Positions 1-9,200 of a DNA stretch of 26,327 nucleotides are shown here, piece after piece (the first letter of the stretch is position 1; every line of letters begins with the position of its first letter). The notes beneath the pieces are model-generated. The model did no database searches. It was not told the origin of the DNA and was given only the letters and a program-made list of their open reading frames with translations. The position numbers and the translations under genes were made by a program. Source of the DNA: Cyanophyceae cyanobacterium (lineage in GTDB: Bacteria; Cyanobacteriota; Cyanobacteriia; Cyanobacteriales; Laspinemataceae); assembly GCA_038321985.1 (NCBI GenBank), contig JBBQFN010000051.1:1-26327 (forward strand). The letters run 5' to 3'.

Positions 1-144
1 GTATTTTGGGGATTTATGAGACTCGTTTTGGTCACTTTTAGAGCTAGAAGCCTTGACTTGTAAGGCTTTCAGTTCCTGGGCTGGGGAGCGAGTACAAAAC
101 TAATTAGAAAAACTTATCACCAAAAAGTCTGAAGAGCCAAAATT

Positions 145-3100
145 ATGAATACTATTTCTAAATACAAAAGGCTAGAAAAAATTTATGAAGGTGAGGATAC
201 CGTAGTTTATCGAGGGCAGAGTACCTTAGATCAAACGCCGGTTATTTTAAAAACCCTTAAAAATGAGTATCCAAGTCTAAAGGAGGTTATTAACTTAAAA
301 CAAGAATATGAAATTTCTAAGGTGCTGGATTTAAGAGGAGCGATTAAAGCCTATGATTTAGAAAAGTTTGAAAATAGACTTGTACTGGTTTTAGAAGACT
401 TTGGCGGAAAGGATCTAAGTGATTTTTTAGCGACTCAACCCCTGAATGTTAGGGATGTTTTAAACATTGGAATTCAACTGGCAGAAGTGGTGGGGCAGTT
501 GCATGAAAATCATATTATCCATAAGGATATCAAACCTCAAAATATTATCATTCATCCGATTACCAAACAGGTTAAACTGAGCGATTTTAGTATTGCCTCC
601 CGCCTCAATCGAGAACACCAGGCGATCGCCAACCCAAATGCACTGCAAGGGACCCTCGCCTATATGTCCCCGGAGCAAACTGGGCGGATGAATCGGGCGA
701 TCGACTATCGCAGCGACTTCTATTCCATAGGCGTCACCTTTTATCAAATGCTCACGGGTCAACTTCCTTTTTTGACCAACGATCCTTTAGAACTAATTCA
801 CGCCCATATTGCCAAACAGCCTGTCCCCCCCCATCAGTTAAATCCTGAGATTCCCGAAGCGGTTTCCAATATCGTGATGAAACTGTTAGCGAAAACTGCT
901 GAAGATCGATATCAAAGTGCTCAAGGGCTGAAGGTGGATTTAGAAGTCTGTCTGAATCAATTAATCTATTGGGGAGAAATTACCAATTTCCAGGCGGGCA
1001 AACAGGATAAATCGGGACGATTTTTCATTCCCCAGAAGCTTTATGGTCGTGAAAAACAAGTTGAGCAACTCCTATCTATTTTTGAAAAAACCTGTGCAGG
1101 GAAGGTCGAAGTGGTGATGGTGTCCGGCTATTCGGGCATTGGAAAAACTAGCGTGATCAATGAAATCCACAAACCGATTATGCAATGTCGGGGGTATTTT
1201 ATTGAAGGCAAGTTTGACGCCTTACAGCGAAATATTCCTTATACCGCAATTGTCAAAGCATTTTCTGATTTAGTGCGTCAACTTTTGACGGAAAGTCAAG
1301 CCCGGGTTGATGCATGGAGAGAGAAACTATTAGAGGCGTTAGGTCCGAATAGTCAAGTCATTATTGAACTGATTCCTGAAGTGGAATTGATTATTGGCAA
1401 ACAGCCTCCGGTGCCTGTACTTCCCCCGATGGAAACCCAAAATCGATTTCATCGGGTGATTCAGCAGTTCGTGCAGGTTTTTACCCAGCCGGAACATCCA
1501 TTAGTGTTGTTCCTGGACGATTTACAGTGGGTTGATGCCGCCTCCTTGAAGTTACTGGAATTGCTGATTATGGATTTGGATAATCAGTATTTACTGGCTT
1601 TAATTGCATATCGGGATAACGAAGTGGATGCCACCCATCCGTTGATGATCACGGTGGAGGAACTGAAAAAAGCCGGAACGGTGGTGCATCAGTTGGCCCT
1701 ACAGAATTTGGATAAGATTTACGTTCAAGAGTTAGTTGCCGATACTCTTCGGGAAGAAAAGGCAAAAGTCAAAGACTTGGCAGATTTACTTTGCTATAAA
1801 ACTCAAGGCAACCCTTTTTTCTTGACTCAACTTTTCCAATCTATTTATGATGACCAATTATTAATTTTCGATTATAAAAAGGAATCTTGGCAGTGGGATA
1901 TTGAGCAAATTCAAAGCCGGGGTATCACGGATTTGAATGTGGTAGAATTAATGACAAGAAATATTAAAAAACTCTCTAACTCAACTCAAGATGTGTTAAA
2001 AGTAGCCGCTTGTATTGGGAATCGGTTTACTTTGGACGTGCTGGCGATCGCCACAGATCAGTCACAGTCAACCACAGCGGCTCAGTTATGGAAAGCCCTG
2101 CAAGTGGGATTAATTCTACCCGTGAGTGACGGATCTCGAATGGCTCTGGCAATGGGCGATCGCAACAGCGATCATCAAGATTTGGATCCGATGAGCCCAC
2201 TGGAGGATCATTCCTCTTCTCAATCTATCACTTATAAATTTTTGCACGATCGCGTTCAACAAGCCGCTTATTCTCTGATTCCCGAAGACGATAGAAAGCT
2301 CAACCACCTCAAACTCGGTCAACAGTTATTAGATAAAATTGGACCTGATGAAATTGAGGCGAATATATTTGATATTGTCAATCAGTTAAATCAGGGCGTG
2401 GAATTAATTGGAGATGAGGGTTCTAGGGAAAGCGAATTCCTCCAGTCCGAGGCGATCGCACCTGTAGAACTAGCGCGATTAAATCTGATAGCGGGTCATA
2501 AAGCCAAGGAAGCGACAGCCTATGAAACTGCCGCTCAGTATTTAACCTTTGGTCTGGAACTGCTGGCGGCTAATAGCTGGGAAGAAGAGTATCATTTGAG
2601 TTTAGCTCTCCACCTAGAAGCTGCTGAAGCAGAATATTTAAATACCAACTATTCTGGGGCGACAGAACTAACAGAAATCTTATTAGCACGCAGAATTGGG
2701 TTACTCGATCGCGTCAAAGTCTATGAGCTAAAAATCCAATTATTGATCGCCCAAAATCAGATGGTTAAGGCGATCGACACCGGGCTAAACGGAATTGCCG
2801 AGTTGGGGGTTACTTTGTCCGAGGCTCCTCATGAAGGTCAGTGGGCGATTGAATTGCCGACTTGGACGAGTTTGGAAAATCTGCCCAAAATGACCGACCC
2901 TAACAAACAGGCTGCCTTACGACTTTTAGTGGCAATTATTCCCGCTTCTTTGATTAGTAAACCAGAGATAGCTCCCTTGATTGTATTCACTCAAGTTAAT
3001 CTCTGTGTTCAACATGGATATTCAGAGTTATCGCCTTATGTCTATGCGATATATGGGTGGCTGCTCTGTGCCACCCTGACTAACATTGAGGCTGGATATG

Positions 3101-5688
3101 CGGCGGGAACAATGGCGATTCAACTGGTAGATGCCCTGGATGCCAAACCCATCAAATGCAAGGTCTACAACCTATTTGATGAAGGAATTAAGCCCTGGAA
3201 AGACCCTTTAATGAAAAATACGACATTTTTTACCGAAGGGCTAAACCAAGGATTGGAAGTTGGGGATTTAGAATATTCGGTTTATCATGTTGTGGCGTAT
3301 TGCTTGAAACTGCTCTTGAGTGGTCAGCCCTTAGATGGGGTCAAAAAAGAGCAAGCCAAATATTTTAAATTTGCTTTAAAAGTCAACCAAATTTATGGAA
3401 TTGATTATCTAAAAATTTGGCAGCAATTTACTCATAAAATTACAGCCGAATATCGACCTACTGAATCGAATGGCTTGGATGGAGAAAATTTTAATCAACT
3501 TGAGATTATCCAGAGTTTAAGTGAATCCGCTTCAAAAATTTTGTTATTTAATCTCTATTTGGCAAATACTCATCTTGTTTACCTGTTTAACAATCCGAAG
3601 CAAGGGGTAGATTATGCGGAACTAGCTCTCGCCTATCAAGGGAGTGTGATGGGTATGCTCGTAGTGGCTGTTCATAACTTCTACTATTCCCTATCCTTGC
3701 TGGCTGCCTATTCCTTGGTCGCCCCGGAAAACCGCCCTAAAATATTACAACAAACTGAAGAGAATCAGCAACAAATGGAACAGTGGGCTCGGTATGCCCC
3801 GGATAACTTCCAGCATAAATATGAGTTAGTGGAAGCTGAAAAAGCGCGGGTTTTGGGACGTGTGGCGGAAGCAATGGAATGGTATGACCGTGCGATCGCC
3901 TCAGCCCGAGATGCAGAGTATATTCAGGAAGAGGCGATCGCCAATGAACGGGCGGCTGAGTTTTATTTTGATTTGGGTCGCTCCAAAATTGCCCAAGTTT
4001 ATTTAATTGATGCTTACGCAGCTTATTTGCGGTGGGGAGCAACGGCCAAAGTGCAGCAATTAGAATTGCATTATCCCCATCTCTTATCCTCCAAACGGGT
4101 TCGAGACCCGCACAGCACCGAAAGCACTCATAGCACCACTTCGACGACCAATTTGACCACTGGGGCGCTTGATTTGGTAACGGTGATGAAAGCTTCTCAA
4201 ACCCTAGCCGACGAAATAATTTTAGATAAGTTGCTGGAAAAACTTCTGGCAATTGTCATGGAAAGTGCCGGCGCACAAACAGGTTGCTTCATTTTAGAAA
4301 AGGGGCAGAAACTTTATGTAGAAGCCTGGGGAAGCGTCGATCCAATGGAGGTAATTGTTGGATTAGAAACTCCTTTCCAAAACAGCAGTTATGTTCCGGT
4401 CTCCCTGTTGACTTATGTAAGCCGAACCCGCGAGACTATCGTCTTAAATCAGGCGGCTAAGCAAGGTCGGTTTATTGCAGATCCTTACCTTATCCAAACT
4501 CAGCCTAAATCGCTTTTATGTACTCCAATTCTCAATCAGGGTAATCTGATTGGGCTGCTGTATTTGGAAAATAACCAGACTACGAATGCGTTTACAGAGG
4601 ACCGAGTTGAAGTTTTAAAAATGCTCTGTTCTCAAATTGCAATTTCTATTAAAAATGCCCGACTCTACGCTAACTTAGAAGCTGCCACCACTGAACTAAC
4701 CTGTGCTAAAGAGCGGTTAGAGGAGTCTAATCATACTTTAGAAGAAAAAGTGGAACAGAGAACCTTGGAGTTGCAAGGCAAAAATGAAGACCTCCAACAA
4801 ACGTTGAAAAAACTCCGTCAAACCCAAACCCAATTAATTCAAACCGAAAAAATGTCTAGTCTGGGACAGTTGGTGGCGGGGGTGGCCCATGAAATTAATA
4901 ACCCCGTTAACTTTATTTATGGGAATTTAATTCATGGGGGAGAGTATGTCCAAGATTTATTGAACCTCCTGAAACTCTACGAAGATACCTATCCGGAACC
5001 GACGGAGGAAATTGAAGATCGTATTCATGAAATCGAACTAGATTTTCTTAAGGACGATTTTCCTAAAATTTTGGTATCAATGCAGGTGGGAGCAGAGCGG
5101 ATTCGGCAGATTGTCCGATCGCTGCGAAACTTCTCACGTTTAGATGAAGCAGACCTCAAAGAGGTGGATATTAATGAAGGGATCGAAAGTACCGTTGAAA
5201 TTTTGCGCCATCGCCTCAAAGAAAAAGTAGGCTGTCGGGAAATCACCTTAGAGAAAAATTATGGTACCTTACCCTTGATAGCCTGTTATGCGGGTCAACT
5301 TAACCAAGTATTTATGAATATCCTCAGCAATGCCATTGATGCGTTAGAGGACAAAGAGAAACAACAGTATAATCAGGCTTTCTCTAAACCACTCAGTCCC
5401 GAATCCTTACCCCTGATTCGGATTTACACGGATATTGAAGGGGATGATGTGGTGATTCGCATTGTGGATAATGGGACAGGAATGAACAATGAGGTTCTGT
5501 CTAAATTATTTGACCCGTTCTTTACGACTAAACCTGTGGGTTCAGGGACGGGTTTAGGTTTGTCCATCAGTTATCAAATTGTGGTGGAAAAACATCGAGG
5601 TCACTTGGACTGTCGCTCAACCCTGGGAGAGGGGTCTGAATTTGCGATCGCCATTCCCCTCAAACTCTGCTCTGAGTCCCTGTCGTAA
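145..5688 (+). CDS. Trifunctional Ser/Thr protein kinase / AAA ATPase / GAF / sensor histidine kinase (cyanobacterial HstK-type)
   Basis: 1847-aa ORF. Kinase motifs VILK, HKDIKPQN, DFS, GTLAYMSPEQTGR. Walker A GYSGIGKT and Walker B LVLFLDDLQW. Long helical/TPR-like middle, GAF (LIGLLYLENN...AF), coiled coil, H-box AHEINNP, N-box NILSNAIDA, G1 DNGTG, F FDPFFTTK, G2 GTGLGL. Confidence 0.95.
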   Translation: MNTISKYKRLEKIYEGEDTVVYRGQSTLDQTPVILKTLKNEYPSLKEVINLKQEYEISKVLDLRGAIKAYDLEKFENRLVLVLEDFGGKDLSDFLATQPLNVRDVLNIGIQLAEVVGQLHENHIIHKDIKPQNIIIHPITKQVKLSDFSIASRLNREHQAIANPNALQGTLAYMSPEQTGRMNRAIDYRSDFYSIGVTFYQMLTGQLPFLTNDPLELIHAHIAKQPVPPHQLNPEIPEAVSNIVMKLLAKTAEDRYQSAQGLKVDLEVCLNQLIYWGEITNFQAGKQDKSGRFFIPQKLYGREKQVEQLLSIFEKTCAGKVEVVMVSGYSGIGKTSVINEIHKPIMQCRGYFIEGKFDALQRNIPYTAIVKAFSDLVRQLLTESQARVDAWREKLLEALGPNSQVIIELIPEVELIIGKQPPVPVLPPMETQNRFHRVIQQFVQVFTQPEHPLVLFLDDLQWVDAASLKLLELLIMDLDNQYLLALIAYRDNEVDATHPLMITVEELKKAGTVVHQLALQNLDKIYVQELVADTLREEKAKVKDLADLLCYKTQGNPFFLTQLFQSIYDDQLLIFDYKKESWQWDIEQIQSRGITDLNVVELMTRNIKKLSNSTQDVLKVAACIGNRFTLDVLAIATDQSQSTTAAQLWKALQVGLILPVSDGSRMALAMGDRNSDHQDLDPMSPLEDHSSSQSITYKFLHDRVQQAAYSLIPEDDRKLNHLKLGQQLLDKIGPDEIEANIFDIVNQLNQGVELIGDEGSRESEFLQSEAIAPVELARLNLIAGHKAKEATAYETAAQYLTFGLELLAANSWEEEYHLSLALHLEAAEAEYLNTNYSGATELTEILLARRIGLLDRVKVYELKIQLLIAQNQMVKAIDTGLNGIAELGVTLSEAPHEGQWAIELPTWTSLENLPKMTDPNKQAALRLLVAIIPASLISKPEIAPLIVFTQVNLCVQHGYSELSPYVYAIYGWLLCATLTNIEAGYAAGTMAIQLVDALDAKPIKCKVYNLFDEGIKPWKDPLMKNTTFFTEGLNQGLEVGDLEYSVYHVVAYCLKLLLSGQPLDGVKKEQAKYFKFALKVNQIYGIDYLKIWQQFTHKITAEYRPTESNGLDGENFNQLEIIQSLSESASKILLFNLYLANTHLVYLFNNPKQGVDYAELALAYQGSVMGMLVVAVHNFYYSLSLLAAYSLVAPENRPKILQQTEENQQQMEQWARYAPDNFQHKYELVEAEKARVLGRVAEAMEWYDRAIASARDAEYIQEEAIANERAAEFYFDLGRSKIAQVYLIDAYAAYLRWGATAKVQQLELHYPHLLSSKRVRDPHSTESTHSTTSTTNLTTGALDLVTVMKASQTLADEIILDKLLEKLLAIVMESAGAQTGCFILEKGQKLYVEAWGSVDPMEVIVGLETPFQNSSYVPVSLLTYVSRTRETIVLNQAAKQGRFIADPYLIQTQPKSLLCTPILNQGNLIGLLYLENNQTTNAFTEDRVEVLKMLCSQIAISIKNARLYANLEAATTELTCAKERLEESNHTLEEKVEQRTLELQGKNEDLQQTLKKLRQTQTQLIQTEKMSSLGQLVAGVAHEINNPVNFIYGNLIHGGEYVQDLLNLLKLYEDTYPEPTEEIEDRIHEIELDFLKDDFPKILVSMQVGAERIRQIVRSLRNFSRLDEADLKEVDINEGIESTVEILRHRLKEKVGCREITLEKNYGTLPLIACYAGQLNQVFMNILSNAIDALEDKEKQQYNQAFSKPLSPESLPLIRIYTDIEGDDVVIRIVDNGTGMNNEVLSKLFDPFFTTKPVGSGTGLGLSISYQIVVEKHRGHLDCRSTLGEGSEFAIAIPLKLCSESLS

Positions 5689-5788
5689 GTAAAAGCTGAG
5701 ATGATCAAGGGTGGGGCTATCCACAGGGAAGCGCCCCTGCACTGGGATGGGAAAAAAGGGACTTTTAAAAACTGAATTGGCGATTATG

Positions 5789-5844
5789 TAGACCGCTTGT
5801 CGGTATCCGATAACTTCCCGGGTTGGATACTGACAAGCGGTTTA
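5789..5844. terminator. Strong stem-loop ~100 nt downstream of the kinase gene (possible terminator or stabilising hairpin)
   Basis: Arms accgcttgtcggtatcc (5792-5808) and ggatactgacaagcggt (5825-5841), 17 bp with one G-U pair, followed by AT-rich sequence. Confidence 0.55.
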
Positions 5845-6125
5845 ACAATTTTAATAAATAATTTATAGTAATATCATCCTCCTAATTTGTCAACTATCAA
5901 AATAAAATTTAATTTGTCAAAGCTGTTAAATTTTTTTGAAAAGAGGGAAATCTAAAATTTATATTCCCCCAGGAAATTTAAGTACATCGGTCAACCCGGT
6001 GATGATGTTTCTGGAGGGGTTGGCCCTTACCCAGGAGTGCCAAATCAATCAATTTAGGGAATCAATTTGGGTAATTTTACGGAAATTCGACGCGTTAAAA
6101 CCCACAGTTATTCTTTAATTTTCTA

Positions 6126-6159
6126 GAAGTCTAGGGATGCGATCGCGTCCCTAGACTTC
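6126..6159. repeat. 34-bp near-perfect palindrome centred on a HIP1 site, upstream of the NRPS
   Basis: gaagtctaggga-t-GCGATCGC-g-tccctagacttc, with a single T/G mismatch. Confidence 0.85.
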
Positions 6160-6222
6160 CCTTAAAAGTTTAGAAAATCGATGATCACAAACCTCTGTAA
6201 TTATCGGCGGAGACTCGCAAAA

Positions 6223-6246
6223 ACTCAGTAAAATTACTCAGTAATT
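6223..6246. promoter_or_regulatory. Putative regulator-binding site just upstream of the NRPS start
   Basis: Direct repeat actcagtaa at 6223-6231 and 6236-6244, overlapping the palindrome aattact-c-agtaatt (6232-6246). Function is inferred only. Confidence 0.3.
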
Positions 6247-6269
6247 GCCTTTATCAGGGTGCAGGTTCA

Positions 6270-9200
6270 ATGGGCAAAGAATTAATCACAAGGGCAGGGG
6301 AACAGAACATGAGCCAACAGCGGACAAGCGGATGTATTCATCAGCAATTTGAGATGCAAGTCGAGGCCACACCCGAAGCGCAGGCCATCATCTGTGCAGG
6401 GGCATCTTTAACCTACGAAACTCTAAATCAGCGGGCAAACCAACTCGCCGATTATTTGAAAAGCTTGGGCGTGGGGCCAGAGATGCTGGTAAGTATCTGT
6501 CTCGATCGCTCCATTGAGATGGGAGTCGGACTGTTAGGCATTCTCAAAGCCGGGGCTGCTTATGTTCCCCTGGATCCGGCCTATCCCCCAGACCGGCTGG
6601 CCTTCATGTTAGAGCATAGCCAAGCCGGTTTTTTACTCACCCATAGTCAACTGAGGAATAAACTACCGGACCATCAGGCGCAGGTGATTTGTTTGGATCA
6701 AGAGTGGGCCAAGATAGCCACCTTTAGCGACCAAAATCCAGTCACCCCGGTGAGGCCCGATCACCTGGCCTATGTTCTCTACACCTCCGGTTCCACGGGG
6801 CAACCGAAAGGGGTGGCAGTCGAGCATGGGGCGGTTCTCAATACCCTGGTGGATATCAACGATCGCTTTAAAATCGGCCCGGGCGATCGTGTTTTAGCCG
6901 TCTGTTCAATCTGTTTTGACCTATCGGTTTATGATCTGTTTGGCCTGTTAATCGCCGGTGGAACCGTTGTCATCCCCAACTCTTCACCCACCCCGGACCC
7001 TGAATACTGGGCCGAGGTCATGGTGCAAGAACAGATTACGGTATGGAACTCGGCACCAGCCTTGATGCAAATGGTCATAGAGACTTCCACCAGCGAATCT
7101 CACACCCTTCCTGCCTCGTTGCGGGTCGTCCTTCTGAGCGGAGATTGGATCCCTTTGAGCTTGCCGGACCGAATCAAAGCCTTGGTTTCCGGGGTCCAAG
7201 TGATTGGACTGTGGGGGGCCACGGAAGCTTCAATTTGGTCAATTCTTTATCCCATCGAAACGATTGACCCAAGTTGGAAAAGTATTCCCTGCGGACGGGG
7301 GATGAGCAACCAGACTTACTACATTTTAGATGAAGGGTTGGAACCCTGTCTGGAAGGAGTACCGGGACAGCTTTATGTGGGCGGGGTTGGATTAGCGCGG
7401 GGTTACTGGCAGGATGAAGCTAAAACCCAGTCCCGTTTCATTACCCATCCCCGAACTGGGGAGCGTCTCTACTGTACCGGAGATCTGGGCAGTTACAGAA
7501 GGGATGGGATGATCGAGTTTCTGGGACGCATGGATCATCAGGTAAAAATTCGGGGGTTTCGGATTGAACTAGGGGAAATCGAAGCTGTCCTGAACCAACA
7601 TCCGGATATTCGGCAAGCGGTGGTCATCGATCGCGAAGATGTCGCGGGCAGTAAACGCTTGGTGGCTTATATCATCAGTACCATTATGCCCGATCGCCTG
7701 CCTTACCTGAGTGAGGCCCTGGCAGAAGATGCAAATCAGCAGCAAGTCTCGATTCAGACAGAAGACCTCTCCAAGGGTGGCATGGCGGTGGTGGGAGTGC
7801 CTCAAAATTGGCGATCGCAGCAATGGATCCGCCTATGGTTGAGGTTACCGGGCTGTTCAGAACCCTGTTGGTTGTCCGGACAGATTGCCTGGTGTCGAGG
7901 CAACAAAGCGGGGGTGCAGTTCAAATTGAACCCCGACGAAGCGGCGATCGTCGCCACTAGCTTCAACCATCTGTTAGAAGCCGCTGGATTTTATACAGTG
8001 TGGCAACGCACGATGTCGGGGAATTTGCGCCGGTTCCTCGGGGAAAAGCTGCCGGAGTACATGGTCCCCTCCAGCTTCCTGTTCTTGGATCATTTCCCCC
8101 TAACTCCGAATGGGAAAGTGAATCGCAAAGCGCTACCGCAACCGAAACGCAATGCTTGGATAGTCCAGGAAGATTCCAATACACCCAGTACCCCCACGGA
8201 GCAAATTTTGGCCCAAATCTGGGCTGAAGTGCTGAGTGTGGAACAGGTGGGGGTGCATGACAACTTCTTAGAATTGGGGGGACATTCTCTGCTGGCGACC
8301 CAAATCGTCTCGCGGGTGCGGGAAGCGTTTCAACGTAACTTACCCCTGCGATCGCTGTTTAAGGCACCGACGGTAGCAGAACTGGCGAAACAGTTGGACA
8401 GCCTTCGTCAAGAGGAAGTGGGGTGGCAGAGTGAGGCGATCGCCCCTGTCCCCCGCGATCGGCTGTTGCCTGCGTCCTTTTCTCAAGCGCAACTGTGGTT
8501 TCTGCATCAATGGCAACCTCAGTCTGCCATGTACAACGAACCCTTTACCGTTTATCTGAGCGGACCGATTGACCTAGAGGCCCTAGAGCGCAGTTTTCAG
8601 GAAATCATCCGGCGTCACGAAAGCTTCAGAACCACATTTCAGGCGGTAGATGGACAGCCGGTGCAAGTGATTCATCCGGCCCTAAACCTGCCTCTGAGTG
8701 TGATTCACTTACAAGAACTGTCTGAGGAGAAACGGGAGGCGAAAGCGATCCAGATCGCAACGGAACAAGCTCGTGAACCCTTTGACTTGAGCAAAGGTCC
8801 TTTGCTGCGAGCTACCCTCATCCAACTGGGGGAAACCGACTGGCGATTATTTCTGACCCTGCATCACATTATTATTGATGCCGTTTCTCTGTATGAGGTG
8901 TTTTTACCGGAACTGGCAGCACTCTACCCCGCGTTCTCCCGTGGGAAACCCTCCCCTCTGACGGAATTACGCCTGCAATATGCTGACTTTGCCGTTTGGC
9001 AACGAGCAGCGCTACAGGGGGACAATTTGGAGGGACAGATGGCGTACTGGAAGCAGCAGCTTGCGGATTTGCCAACCCTGCAACTGCCCACGGACCGACC
9101 CCATTGCGGAACCGCCACATTCGAGGGGGCGAAACAATATCTGATGCTGTCGCCACCCCTGACCGAGGCCCTCAAGGCCCTGAGTTTAAAGGAAGGGGTG

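Noticed and set aside
5936..6118. 60-aa ORF between kinase and NRPS as an MbtH-like protein or precursor peptide
   Set aside because: TTG start in AT-rich DNA, with no MbtH Trp motifs (SxWP, PxGW, WxDxRP) or leader-peptide features.
6186..6249. c-di-GMP-I (GEMM) riboswitch-like words (CAAACC...CGCAAA...TTGCC) in the NRPS leader
   Set aside because: No GNRA-capped P2 stem or tetraloop receptor, and I cannot build the P1-P3 pairing. A cmsearch with RF01051 would settle it.
7677..8021. A-domain inserts as N-methyltransferase domains (the usual A8-A9 interruption)
   Set aside because: They are only ~115 aa, far shorter than embedded MTs, and have no GxGxG SAM motif. The pattern fits PilZ instead.
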